A stretch of DNA of 62,461 nt, the filler included, from Chiloscyllium plagiosum (taxonomy: Eukaryota): NCBI RefSeq assembly GCF_004010195.1. It is 4 parts of one record of this genome, joined end to end, with 100 filler letters (N's around TTAATTAATTAA, not from the genome) between each part and the next. Parts side by side here need not be neighbours in the genome. Positions count along the whole stretch, not along the records: positions 1 to 24,881 come from NC_057712.1; positions 24,982 to 36,378 come from NC_057712.1; 2 more parts are not named here. One strand, 5' to 3'. The position numbers were made by a program, and so were the translations under genes. Shown here in pieces: positions 24,393 to 36,478 of this stretch. Position 1 is the stretch's first letter, and each line of letters starts with the position of its first letter. A model generated the notes under the pieces. The model saw nothing but the letters and a program-made list of their open reading frames with translations, was not told where the DNA came from and did not search any database.

Positions 24393-24881
24393 TTATGACT
24401 GTTTAGGTCTTTGGAAGTAGGTGAGCAGGCTGTGGCTGAGTCGGGGTTTTTTAGCTCGGGAGACTAGCTGCCTGGCTGCTTTGTTTTTCGGGGTTGTGGC
24501 AGGACTCTGAGCCACGGGAGCTTCTGACAGACTCTTCTGCAGCTCAAGGGCAAAGTGGAAGTCCTCGTGTTCAGGCATCTCCCAGGGCAGCTTGTACTCA
24601 CCACATTTCAGGCACTGCAGCAGGCAGCCCAGGGACAGGGTGCTCTCTGGGGCATCCCTGAGGGGGAGGGGTCTTCCTGAGGCACCAGAGACAGGGAAGG
24701 GACTTCCTGGGGGGTTTCCTGTGGCATCATCGAGGGGGAGGGAACATCCTGGGGCATCAGTGACAGGGAGGGGGCTTCCAGGGGCATCACTGAGGGAGGG
24801 GGGCCTTCCTGGGGCCTCAGTGACAGGGAGGGAGCTTCCTGGGGCATCATTGAGAGGGAGGGGGCTTCCTGGGGCATCACC
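24393..24881 (-). CDS. POLH: DNA polymerase eta, terminal coding exon (5'-partial, runs into an assembly gap)
   Basis: The frame of ORF 24393-24578 stays open upstream to the gap and reads ...LLQCLKCGEYKLPWEMPEHEDFHFALELQKS..., a C-x2-C-x11-H-x3-H UBZ3 finger resembling human CEKCGSLVPVWDMPEHMDYHFALELQKS. It is followed by a basic NLS-like segment (KNK...RAKKPR) and a PIP-like HSLLTYF. The convergent orientation with GTPBP2 matches human synteny. Confidence 0.92.
   Translation of the reverse strand, partial: GDAPGSPLPLNDAPGSSLPVTEAPGRPPSLSDAPGSPLPVTDAPGCSLPLDDATGNPPGSPFPVSGASGRPLPLRDAPESTLSLGCLLQCLKCGEYKLPWEMPEHEDFHFALELQKSLSEAPVAQSPATTPKNKAARQLVSRAKKPRLSHSLLTYFQRPKQS
24650..24881 (-). repeat. 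Coding 30-bp minisatellite within POLH (DAPGSPLPL-like units)
   Basis: + strand unit approximately GAGGGGGCTTCCTGGGGCATCA(G/C/T)TGA(C/G)AGG; at least 7 units, in frame. Confidence 0.85.
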
Positions 24882-24981
24882 NNNNNNNNNNNNNNNNNNN
24901 NNNNNNNNNNNNNNNNNNNNNNNNNTTAATTAATTAANNNNNNNNNNNNNNNNNNNNNNNNNNNNNNNNNNNNNNNNNNNN
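24882..24981. other. Assembly gap with artificial TTAATTAATTAA linker
   Basis: 44 N + TTAATTAATTAA + 44 N. Confidence 0.95.
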
Positions 24982-25430
24982 TGGGGACCCTGTGACAGTC
25001 AGTGTCACTGAGAGGAGGGGGTGGGGACCCTGTGACAGTCAGTGTCACTGAGAGGAGGGGGTGGGGACCCTGTGACAGTATCACTGAGAGGAGCGAGTGG
25101 GGACCCTGTGACGGTATCACTGAGAGGAGGGGGTGGGGACCCTGTGACAGTATCACTGAGAGGAGCGAGTGGGGACCCTGTGACGGTATCACTGAGAGGA
25201 GGGGGTGGGGACCCTGTGACAGTCAGTGTCACTGAGAGGAGGGGGTGGGGATCCTGTGACAGTATCACTGAGAGGAGCGAGTGGGGACCCTGTGACGGTA
25301 TCACTGAGAGGAGGGGGTGGGGACCCTGTGACAGTCAGTGTCACTGAGTGGAGGGTGTGGGGACCCTGTGACAGTCAGTGTCACTGAGAGGAGGGGGTGG
25401 GCACCCTGTGACAGTCAGTGTCATTGAGAG
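24982..25430 (+). repeat. 37-41-bp minisatellite (GGGGACCCTGTGACAGTCAGTGTCACTGAGAGGAGGGGGT)n
   Basis: About 11 units abutting the gap; internal GTGACA..TGTCAC palindrome. Confidence 0.95.
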
Positions 25431-25539
25431 GTGCAGACAAGAAGGGTGAACATGTGCAAGAAGTGTTGCCAACTCTCCCAGCTGAGCCCCTGCTGTATTT
25501 CCCTGTGATGGGAGTACGGTGAGGAGCACCTATTAGGAG

Positions 25540-28100
25540 GTGGTTACACCACAGCTCCGAAGCATCCAGGCATGGTGGGAAGGGGTGAAAACCAGGCAGG
25601 TAAGATAGCCTGGCAGGTAGTGTAGTGACTCCATGAGCCTATCTTGCATTTTGGAAACTAGTAAAGGCCATGGTTTCTTAGGAGGGTGTGACCCCAGCCA
25701 AGCCCATGACCCCACAGGCAGCTGAGCTTTACTTGTGATGAAGCAGAATGAGAGTGTCAGAAAGAATTCCACAGCCAGGGGATGGAGCAACTGTCTCTGT
25801 GGGAGTAAGGGTAGTTCCAGGATGGTGTGTTGCTTCCCTAAGACGCACACAGAGCAGCTGCAGGACATCCTCTGGGGTGAGAGGGTATGTTGGTACCGAG
25901 GATATCGGGAGGAAGGGGAATGAGCTCCTGAAGGCAGGTTTCACTGAGTTGGGAAGGAAAACAAAATGTAGGACCTTGAGCTGTAACCCAGGGATTCCTC
26001 CCCGTGCCACGTACACGTGAACATAAGAACCATAGCATTTACCAAGTGAACACGTGGCTGAAACGCTGGTCTAGGAGGGAGGGTGCATCAGGTCTCTGAG
26101 GCACTAGCACTGACTCTGGGGCAGGGGGACCTGTACAAGATGGACAGGTGACACCTTAATGGGAGTGGGACTGGCCTCCTCACTGGGAGATTGGCTGGGG
26201 CTGTTGGATTGGGTTTGAACTAGCTTGACAGAGTGGTGGGAATCTGATGGGTAACTCAACTTAGAAGGAAGTGAAGTTGGCAACAGGACGTTAAACAATG
26301 TTAGGGAGGTGAGATGGTAGAAGGAACAAAGCTGAGCACTGAGTATACATCAAAAGTGAAATGATGTCGACAAGACCCAGTTAAGGGCACTCTCCCAGAA
26401 TGCACACAACTTTCAGATCAAGACAGACAATCTAAAGGTACAATTAGAGCTTCATGGGTATGATCTGATTGTCATTACAGAGACATGGCTGCACGGTGAC
26501 CAGGACTGGGAACTGAATATTCAAGGATACTCGCCGTTTAGGAAGGACAGACAAGAAGGAAAAGGAGGTGAAGTTGCGCTGGACATTAAGGATAGGATCA
26601 GTACATGAGGAAGGGAGGATCCCAGATCAGGAAAACAATGTGTGGAATTGGACAGGGTGGGAGCAAGTAAAATCAAGGGGCATGAGATAGTGACAGCCTC
26701 GGGCATGGTATTCATCAGGAGATGCCCAGTGTTCCCTCTAATTTTCTCTCCGGAATCATGGCCTCTGAGGTGTGAACACACCAGTGACTCCCAGAACCAG
26801 AAATGATCGCCTCCCTTGGTGTTCCCATGCCAGTCGCTGTGCACTGATATCTTGGAGTGCGCATGTTAGAGGGTACATTGGAGAGGAGAGAAGCTTATAA
26901 CATCAGCAGCACAGTTATTGTGTGTGACTTCGGTCTGCACATCAACTGGGGGGTAAACCAACTGAACGCTGAAGCTGTGCAGGATAAGATTCTGGCGTGT
27001 GAGAGGGATGGTGTTCTAGAGCACTACGATGAGAGGACAGGCTATTTTTGTGAAAAAGCACTAATTAACAATTTGATAAAGAGCCATTCGGGAGAGTGAC
27101 TGCATGTGATAGCATTTTACATTATGTTTGAAAGTCAGCTCATGCAATCTGAAACAAAGCTGCTAAATGTGATTCTGGGAAATGGTGAAAGTGGGAGGCC
27201 CAGATTGGCTGAGCTGGCTTGGGAAAATACATCACAAAGCATGACTGTACTTAGACAATTGATAATTTCTAAAGAATTATTAGATGGCTGCCAGCTATGG
27301 CAGGAGATCTAGCCCCTTGGAATGCTCCTCACATACATAGGTGGTGTGTTGAGCTGCAGCATGGAGCGCCTGGAGCTATGGATGGACTCGTTATGGAGCA
27401 TCCATGATGCTGAGGACATTGTGGATAACACAGTTAGCAAGCAGGTCACACCACAGCAAGGTCTTCACAGACAGAGGCGTGTTGGGTGACCACCAGGAAG
27501 ACCATGCAGGGGTCCACTGTGGCCAATCCCCCCTCTAACAGACTCGATTGGATACTGTTTGGCGAGTTGGTGGTCTGTCGGAGAAAGAAGGAGTAGGCAG
27601 GTTTATGACACCACAGTTTGTGCACAGCAGGGGAGAGAAAAGACTGGGAGAGCTGTACTGATAAGGGATTTGATTTTAAAGGGAACTGATGGACGGTTCT
27701 GTGACAGTAAACAAGACTCTGGAATAGTATGTTCCTTCTGGTGGTAGGGTCAGGAATGTCTCTGAGCAGCTGCAGGGCATTCTGAAGAGGGCGGGTGAAC
27801 TGCCAGCAGTTGTGGTACATGTCTGTACCAATGACATGAAGTAAAAAAAGAAATGAGGTCCTGGAACAAGAATTTCAGAGCTAGTCGATTAAAAAGGAGG
27901 GCTCCGAGTGCCCCTCACTACTGAGTATAGGAATAGGAATTAGATCAGATGAACATGTGGCTAAAGGGATGATGTAGGAGGGAGGCCTTTCGATATTTGG
28001 GTCACTGGGACAGTCCCTGGGTCGGTGGGAGCTGTACAAGCTGCACCTGAACCAGAATGGGTCCGATATCCTGGGTTGGTTCATGCTGATGAGGTTTTAA
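25540..28100 (+). mobile_element. Decayed CR1 5' regions (two ORF1 esterase remnants and an endonuclease start)
   Basis: Homologous to 14373-15700 (WDLYK..G.HL and TETWL motifs). Confidence 0.75.
26727..26880. mobile_element. MITE with 15-bp TIRs (hAT-like), inserted in CR1
   Basis: CAGTGTTCCCTCTAA ... TTAGAGGGTACATTG (2 mismatches); 8-bp flanks GAGATGCC/GAGAGGAG match at only 5 of 8 positions. Confidence 0.55.
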
Positions 28101-28174
28101 ACTGATTAGTGGTGGGGCACAGAGTAGATGTAAAGTCTGGAGCAAGGTCCAGTCAGATATTGAAAGAATGCTAG

Positions 28175-28470
28175 GATGGTCAGCAGGTTAGTACTGCTGC
28201 CTCACAGCACCAGGGACCCCGGGTTCGATTCCAGCCTCTGGCGACTGTCAGTGTGGAGTTTGCACATTCTCCCCATGTCTGCGTGGGTTTCCTCCGGGTG
28301 CTCCGGTTTCCTCCCACAGTCCAAAGATGTGCAGGTCAGGTGAATTGGCCCTGCTAAATTGCCCGTAGGGTTAGGTACATTAGTTAAGGGAATTGGTCTG
28401 GGTGGGTTATTCTTCGGTGTGGACTAGATGGGCCGAAGGGCCTGTTTCCACACTGTAGGGAATCTAATCT
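28175..28470 (+). mobile_element. HE1-like tRNA-derived SINE
   Basis: GGTTAG.ACTGCTGCCTCACAG head, GGTTCGATTCC B-box, GTGTGGAGTTTGCACATTCTCCCC body, AATCT tail. Confidence 0.85.
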
Positions 28471-28789
28471 GATTGAATCTGAAGAAAACAGGGGTATGAG
28501 AAGGCACATGGCAGAACTGGAAAGCCAAACTGTATCCACTTTAATGCAAGGAGCCTGACCAATAGGCCGATGAATTTGATGAGTGTTGCTGAGCATGTGG
28601 GAATATGATATTGTGAACAATCACTGAGACATGGTCAAAGGGAAGCACAGGACTGGAAGGGTCATAAAGGTTCAGGCATGGGGGGGCGGGGGGAAGGGGA
28701 GTGGTGTGATGGGAAGGAGGACGGGGCATTGCAAGACCATAACTGCAACAGTGAAGGTGCATGTGTTAAAAGGCTCTTCAAATGGATGC

Positions 28790-29548
28790 GAGCATAAGAG
28801 GTACAGTTAGTAAGTTGTGCAGATGACACCAAAATTGGGGGTGTAGTGGACAGCGAAGAGGGTTACCTCAGATTACAACAGGATCTTGACCAGATGGGCC
28901 AATGGGCTGAGAAGTGGCAGATGGAGTTTAATTCAGATAAATGCGAGGTACTGCATTTTGGCAAAGCAAATCTTAGCAGGAATTATACACTTAATGGTAA
29001 GGTCCTGCGGAGTGTTGCTGAACAAAGAGACCTTGGAGTGCAGGTTAGGCCACTATTGGAATATTGCATGCAATTCTGGTCTTCCTATCGGAAAGATGTT
29101 GTGAAACTTGAAAGGGTTCAGAAAAGATTTACAAGGATATTGCCAGGGTTGGAGGATCTGAGCTACAGGGAGAGGCTGAACAGGCTGGGGCTGTTTTCCC
29201 TGGAGCATCAGAGGCTGAGGGGTGACCTTATAGAGCTTTACAAAATCGTGAGGGGCATGGATAGGATAAATAGACAAAGTTTTTTCCCTGGGGCAGGGTA
29301 AGTCCAGAACTAGAGGGCATAGGTTTAGGGTGAGAGGGGAAAGATATAAAAGAGACCTAAGGGGCAACCTTTTCACACAGAGGGTGGTACGTGTATGGAA
29401 TGAGCTGCCAGAGGAAATGGTGGAGGCTGGTAAAATTACAACATTTAAGAGGCATCTGGATGGGTATATGAATAGGAAGGGTTTGGAGGGATATAGGCTG
29501 GGTGCTGGCAGGTGGGACTAGCTAAGGTTGGAATATCTGGTTGGCATG
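28790..29548 (+). mobile_element. Young CR1 LINE 3' fragment with internal deletion
   Basis: ADDTK...WAEKWQMEFN...RGDLIE...WNELP; high identity to 37710-38533, 45085-45893 and 55485-56178. Confidence 0.92.
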
Positions 29549-29549
29549 G

Positions 29550-30410
29550 GCGAGTTGGACCAAAGGCTCTGTTTCTGTGCTCTACATCTACTATTGTCCC
29601 AAGTACCGAGATACAGTGAAAAGTGGTGTTATGCATGCTATACAGGCAGATTGTACCATGCATCAGGGGAGCTGAACAGAATGCAGAATACATTGTTGCA
29701 GCCGCAGCGATGGTGCAGAGAGAGATCACCATGAACAATTGAGAGATCTGTTCAGAAGTCTGATTACAGCAGGGAAGAAGTTGTCCTTAAATCTGTTGGT
29801 ACATGTTTTCAAACTGTTGTACCTTCTGCCCAGTGGAAGAGGGTGGAAGGGTATACCCGGGTTGGGGAAGGGTATTTTGTTGTGTTGGCTGCTTTCCCGA
29901 GGCAGCCAGAAGTATAGATGGAGTCATTGTACATAAAACTGGTTTTCATGATGGACTTGCTGCATTCACAACTCTCTGTAATTTCTTGCGGTCTTGGGCA
30001 GAGCAATTGCCATCCTGAGCTGTGGGGTGTTCGGATAGGATGCTTTCTATGGTGCATCTATAAAAACTGGTAAGGGGCATTGTGGACAGGCTGCATTTCC
30101 TTATCCTTCTGAGGGAGGAGAGGCATTGCTGTGCTTTCTTGACTGTTACATCAACGTGAATGATCTAGGAAAAATTGTTGGTGATCTTTACTCCTGTGAA
30201 CTTGAAGCAGTTGATCACCTCCACCTCAGCACCCATTGATACTGACAGGGGTGTGTCTTCTACTACACTTCCTAAAGTCAATGACCGGCTCTTTTATTTC
30301 GCTGATGTTAATGGAGGGATTGTTGTCCATACACCATGCTACTAAGCACTTGATTAGTTTCCTATATTCTCTCTTGTCATTGTTTGAGATCCAAGCTACA
30401 ATGGTCGTTT
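29550..30410 (-). mobile_element. Rex1/Babar-like LINE 3' fragment
   Basis: TTIVAWISNND..EYR....LVAWC.DNN.SIN....KE.VIDFRK is typical of the Rex-Babar RT C-terminal region; related tails at 57340-57500 and 60020-60270. Confidence 0.7.
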
Positions 30411-31600
30411 TGCAATCTTTTGGATTCTCTCTAATCTTATCTGCCAAAGTTATCTCTTCTTGCCATTCTGATTTCCCTTTTAAGTGTACTCCAACACCCC
30501 CTGTACTCCTCAGGGGCTTCACTTGATCCCAGCTGTCTGTACCTGATACATGTCTCCTCCTCTTTCTTGACCAGAGCCTCAATGTCTCTCGTCATCCAGT
30601 GTTTCCTCCCCCTGCCAGCCTTACCCTTCACACTGGCAAGAACATGTTGTCCTTGAACTCTCGTTACCTCGTTTTCAAAAGCCTCTCACTTGCCTGATGT
30701 CCCTTTACCTGTGAACAGCCTCCCCAATCATCAACTTTTGAAAGTTCCTGTCCAATACCATTAAAATTTACCTTGTCCCAATTTAGAACTATAGCTTGTG
30801 GATCAAGCCTATCCTTTTCCATAACCATTTTAAAACTAAGAGAATTAAAATCACTGGTCCCAAAGTGCTCCTGCACTATTATATCAATCACTTGCCCTGC
30901 CTAGTTTCCCAAGAGGAGGTCAGATTTTGCCCTTTCTTTGGTCAGGCCATCTGAACACTGATTGAGAATACGTTCCTCCACCTAGCTTTGTGCCATCTGC
31001 GAATTTAGCAACAATGCCCTCAAGTCCTTCATCCAGATTATTAATATACAATGTGAATAGTTGTGGTCTCAAAACAAACCCCTGTGGAACTCCACTATGT
31101 ACTGGCTGCCATTCTGACAAAGGCTCCCTGCCTTCTGCCCGTCAGTCAATCCTCTCAGTGCCAGGGCTTTGGCCCGAGCACCATGGGCTACTTCCTTATT
31201 CAGCAGCCTCCCATGCAGCACCTTGTCACAGACCTTCTGTACATCTGAATAGATCACTTCCATTGCTTACACAGGGTGGTGCATGTTTGGAACGAGCTGC
31301 CAGTGGAAGTGGTTGAGCTGGGTACAGTTACAACAATTAAAAGACATTTAGACCGTTAGACAGGTACGTGAAGGGGAAGGGTTTAGAAGGGTATGGGCCA
31401 AACGCAGGTAAGTGGGACTAGTTCAGTTTGGGTATCGGGTCAGCTTGGACCAGTATATTCAAAGTTTTTTAATTAGTAAGAGAATCGAGGAAAAGAGGGA
31501 AGTGCGGTTGAAGGTTCTCAGATAAACTGTGATCTCATTGAATGGCAGAGTAGGAGTAGACTGAATGGCCTATTTCTCCTCCATCTTATGGTCTTAATGT
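30410..31600. mobile_element. Mosaic of CR1 fragments on both strands
   Basis: EHFGTSD, GVPQG and FADGTK motifs on -, CR1 3' ends on +. Confidence 0.8.
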
Positions 31601-31977
31601 CTACAGGAGCTCCTCAGGGTAGTGTCTAGACTAGACCATCTTCAGCTGCTTCATCAATGACCTTCCTTCCATTGTAAGGTCAAAAGTGGGGATGTTCACC
31701 AATGATTGCACAATGTTCACAACCATTTGTGGTTCCTCAGACACTGAAGTTGTTCATGTTCAAATGCAGTAACATCTGGACAGTAGCCAAACTCAGGCTG
31801 ACCAGTGGGAAATGATATTCGTGCAATACAAGTGTCAGGCAATGACCAGCTTCAACAACAGACTATCTAACCATTCCCCCTTGATGTTTAGTACCATTAC
31901 CAGCACTGAATCCCTCGCTGTCAAAATCCTGGGGGTTATCATTGACCACTACTTCCTATAAATATAATGGCTGGAAG

Positions 31978-32130
31978 TGGGGACAGCTCAGTGGTTAGCA
32001 CTGCTGCCTCAGCACCAGGGACCCGGCTTTGATTCCAGCCTCCGGTTACTGTCTGTGTGGAGTTTGCACCTTCTTTCCGTTTCTGTGTGGGTTTCCAAAG
32101 GGTACTCAAGTTTTCTCCTACAGTCCAAAG
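31978..32130 (+). mobile_element. HE1-like SINE fragment nested in a LINE
   Basis: GCTCAGTGGTTAGCACTGCTGCCTC head and GTGTGGAGTTTGCAC body. Confidence 0.8.
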
Positions 32131-32784
32131 ATTCTACAAGAGACTGGGTATACTGAAGCATGTAACTCCCCAAAGCCTGTCCACCATCTACAAGGCACAA
32201 GTCAGTAGCTCACCACCACCTTCTCAAGGACAGCTAGGGACGGCCACTAAATGCTGGATGTTCCAGTGCGGCCATCATGAACAAATAAAAAGACTCTGTC
32301 TTGTACAGACAAGGCTGCAAACCAAATCTGGATCATCACAGTGCCCTTTGTTGTTGCTCATTTCTCAGGATGTGGTTGTCACTGGAAAAGCTGGTTTTTG
32401 TTTATTTTGGTCAGCCTGGGTTATTTAAGCTTGCTGCGCCATCCGGGCGCAGGCTGGTATGACTAGGAAAGGAACCAGCTGTGTTTTTATTTGGACAAAC
32501 ATCACAGTGCCGTGGTGGATGTGAACCGCCACTGACTGGAGCATTGTTTACAGGTTCAGTAGGGACCTGTACAGCACACGTTCCTCAGACAGTCTCCCTC
32601 AGCGCTGACCCTCCCACAGTGCGGCACTCCCTCAGTACTGACCCTCCGACATTAATTATTGTCTTGATCAACCTCAAATCCCTCACCCCGGGAGCAATGT
32701 GGTTGGGTTAAGGTGGCACTATAGAGGTCACTAGTGTGTATGTGCCCCAGGATCAGGAAGACTGCATGCTAAGCTGAGGCTTAG

Positions 32785-34086
32785 AACAGAGAGCAAAGAG
32801 AATTTACAGCCCAAGAACAGGCCTTCGGCCCTCCAAGCCTGAGCCGATCCATATGGACTGTCTAAACCTGTCGCCCAATTCCTAAGCATCTGTATCCCTC
32901 TGCTCCCCGTCTACTCAGGCATCTGTCCAGATGCATCTTAAATGAATCTATCATGCCTGCCTCTACCACCTCTGCTGGCAACGCGTACCAGACACCCACC
33001 ACCCTCTGTGTGAAATACTTGCCGCGTGTATCCCCCTTAAACGCTTCGCCTCTCACCTTGAAAGCGTGATCTCACGTTACTGAATCCCTCACCCTGGGAA
33101 AAAGCTTGTCTTCATCCACCCTGTTTATACCCTTCATGATTTTGTAAACCTCAATCAGGTCCCCGCCCCCCAATCTCCTCCTATCTAATGAACACAAAAC
33201 TAACCTACTCGACCTCTCTTCATAGCTAGCACCTTCCAGACCAGGCAGCATCCCTGTAAACCTTCTCTGCACCCTCTCCAAAGCATCCACATCCTTTTGG
33301 TAATGTGGCGCCCAGAACTGTACACAGTATTCTAAATGCGGCCGAACCAATGTCTTGTACAATTTTAACATGACTTGCCAGCTCTTATACTCAATACCCT
33401 GTCCAGTGAAGGCAAGCATAGCATATGCCTTCTTGACCACTCTATCCAACTGTGCAGCAACCTTCAGGGTACAATGGACCTGCACTCTCTGACTTCGGTG
33501 TGGCCATTTCGGAGACATGGTTAGAGCAGGGACAGGAATGGTTGTTGCAGGTTCCAGGATTCAGATGTTTTAGTAAAAACAGAGAAGATGGTAGAAGAGG
33601 GGGAGGTGTGGCATTGTTGGTCAAGGACAGTATTACAGTTGCAGAAGGATGTTTGGGGGCTCGTCAACTGAGGTAGTATGGGCTGAAGTTAGAAACAGGA
33701 GAGGAGAGGTCACCCTGCTGGGAGTTTTCTATAGGCCTCTGAATAGTTCCAGAGATCTAGAGGAAAGGATAGCAAAGATGATTCTCGATAGGAGTGAGAG
33801 AGACAGAGTAGTTGTCATGGGAGACTTCAACTTTCCAAATATTGACTGGGAACACTATAGTATGAGTGCTATAGATGGGTCAGTTTTTGTCCAGTGTGTG
33901 CAGGAGGGCTCCCTGACCCCGTATGTAGACAGGCCAACAGGGGCAAAGCCACATTAGATTTGGTACTGGGTAATGAGCCCGGTCAGACTTGGAAGTAGGT
34001 GAGCACTTTGATGATAGCGATCACAATTCTGTTATATTTACTTTAGTGATAGAAAGGGATAGGTGTATACCACTGGGCAAGAGTTA
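32785..34086. mobile_element. CR1 3' end (-) joined to a CR1 endonuclease fragment (+)
   Basis: [17 protein letters not shown] on -; SETWL and GDFNFP on +. Confidence 0.88.
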
Positions 34087-34107
34087 NNNNNNNNNNNNNN
34101 NNNNNNN

Positions 34108-36378
34108 GTATTTGGACAGTAGCAGGTTGGTATTTGGACTGTAATAGGTTGGTATTTGGACAGTAGCAGGTTGGTATTTGGACAGTAACAGGTTGGTATT
34201 TTTACAGTAATAGGTTATTGTTTGGAGAAGCAGGTTGATATTTGGACTGTAACAGGTTAGTGTTTGGACTGTAACAGGTTGGTATTTGGACAATAACAGG
34301 TTGGTGTTTGGACGGTAACAGATTGGTATTTGGACAGTAGCAGGTTGGTATTTGGACTGTAATAGGTTAGAGTTTGGACAGTAACAGGTTGGTATTTGGG
34401 CAGTAACAGGTTGGTGGTTGGACACTAACGGGTTGGTATTTGGATAATAAGAGGTTGGTGTTTGGACAGTAACAGGTTGTGGTATTTGTACCGTAAGATG
34501 TTGATATTTGGACATTAACAGCTTGGTATTTGGACAGTAGCAAATTGGTATTTGGACGGTAACAGGTTCGTGTTTGGACAGGAACAGTTTGGTATTTGGA
34601 CAGTAGCAGGTTGGTATTTGGACATTAACATGTTGGCGTTTGGACAGTAACAGATTGGTGTTTGGACGGTAACAGGTTCGTGGTTGGACAGTAACAGGTT
34701 GGAATTTGGACAGTAACAGGTTGGTGTTTGGACGGTAACAGGTTGGTATTTAGAGAATAACAGGTTGGTGTTTGGACAATAACAGGTTGGTATTTGGACA
34801 GTAACAGGTTGGTATTTGGATGGTAACAGTTTGGCATTTGGACTGTAACAGGTTGGTGTTTGGACAGTAACAGGTTGATATTTGGACAGTAACAGTGTGG
34901 TATTTGTTGAGTAACAGGTTGGTGTTTGAACAATAACAGGTTGGAGTTTGGACAGTTACAGGTTGGTGTTTGGACGGTAACAGGTTGGTATTTGGACAGT
35001 AACAGATTGGTATTTGGACGGTAACAGATTGGTATTTGGACTGTAACAGGTTAGTGTTTGGACAGTAACAGGTTGGTGTTTGAACAATAACTGGTTGGAA
35101 TTTGGACAGTAACAGGTTGGTGTTTGGAGTTAGTGTTTGGACAGTAACAGGTTGGTGTTTGTACAGTAACAGGTTGGTACTTGGACAGAACAGGTTGGTG
35201 TTTGGACAGTAACAGGTTGGTATTTGGACAGTAACAGGTTAGTGTTTGGACAGTAACAGTTTGGTATTTGGACAGTAACAGGTTGGTGTTTGGAGAATAA
35301 CAGGTTAGTATTTGGACAGTAACAGGTTGGAGTTTGGACAGTGACACGTTGGTGTTTGGATAGTAACAGGTTGGTATTTGGACAGTAACAGGTTGGTGTT
35401 TGGATAGTAACAGGTTGGAGTTTGGACAATAACAGGTTGGTGTTTAGACAGTGACAGGGTGGTATTTGGACAATAACAGGTTCGTGTTTGGACAGTAACA
35501 GGTTGATATTTGGACAGTAACAGATTGGTATTTGGGCAGTAACTGGTTGATATTTGGACAGTAGCAGGTTGGTGTTTGGATGGTAACAGGTTGGTATTTG
35601 GACAGTAACAGGTTCGTGTTTGGACAGTGACAGGTTGGTATTTGGAAATTAACAGGTTGGTATTTGGACAGTAACAGATTGGTGTTTGGACAGTGACAGG
35701 TTGGTGTTTGGACAGTAACAGATTGGTGTTTGGACAGTGACAGGTTGGTGTTTGGACAGTAACAGGTTGGTATTTGGAAATTAACAGGTTGGTATTTGGA
35801 CAGTAACAAATTGGTGTTTGGACAGTAACAGGTTGGTGTTTGGACGGTAACAGATTGGCATTTGGACAGTAACAGGTTGGTGTTTGGACAGTAATAGGTT
35901 GGTATTTGGACAGTAACAGGTTGGTATGTGGACTGTAACAGGTTGGTATTTGGACGGTAGCATTTTGGTATTTGTACAGTAAGATGTTGATATTTGGACA
36001 TTAACAGCTTTGTATTTGGACAGTAGCAAATTGGTATTTGGACGGTAACAGGTTCGTGTTTGGACAGTAACAGTTTGGTATTTGGACAGTACCAGGTTGG
36101 CATTTGGACATTAACAGGTTGGTGTTTGGACAGTAACAGATTGGTGTTTGGACGGTAACAGGTTCATGTTTGGACATTAACAGGTTGGTATTTGGACAGT
36201 AACAGGTTGGTATTTGGACAGTTGCAGGTTGGTATTTGGTCAGTAACAGGTTGGTGTTTGGACGGTTACAGGTTGATATTTAGACAATAACAGGTTGGTG
36301 TTTGGACAATAACAGGTTGGTATTTGGACAGTAACAGGTTGGTATTTGGATGGTAACAGTTTGGTATTTGGACTGTAA
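34108..36378 (+). repeat. 22-bp minisatellite (GTATTTGGACAGTAACAGGTTG)n, about 100 diverged copies
   Basis: Read directly; bounded by gaps at 34087-34107 and 36379. Confidence 0.97.
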
Positions 36379-36478
36379 NNNNNNNNNNNNNNNNNNNNNN
36401 NNNNNNNNNNNNNNNNNNNNNNTTAATTAATTAANNNNNNNNNNNNNNNNNNNNNNNNNNNNNNNNNNNNNNNNNNNN
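36379..36478. other. Assembly gap with artificial TTAATTAATTAA linker
   Basis: 44 N + 12-mer + 44 N. Confidence 0.95.

Noticed and set aside
24592..24933. Alternative ORFs 24592-24933 (+) and 24608-24880 (-)
   Set aside because: Shadow frames of the POLH coding repeat; only the third - frame connects to the UBZ motif.
28175..28245. tRNA genes at SINE heads (also 31978, 42477, 57908)
   Set aside because: They continue into SINE bodies and lack a complete cloverleaf.
34084..36103. Cys/Pro/Thr-rich repetitive ORFs on -
   Set aside because: Translations of the 22-bp satellite.
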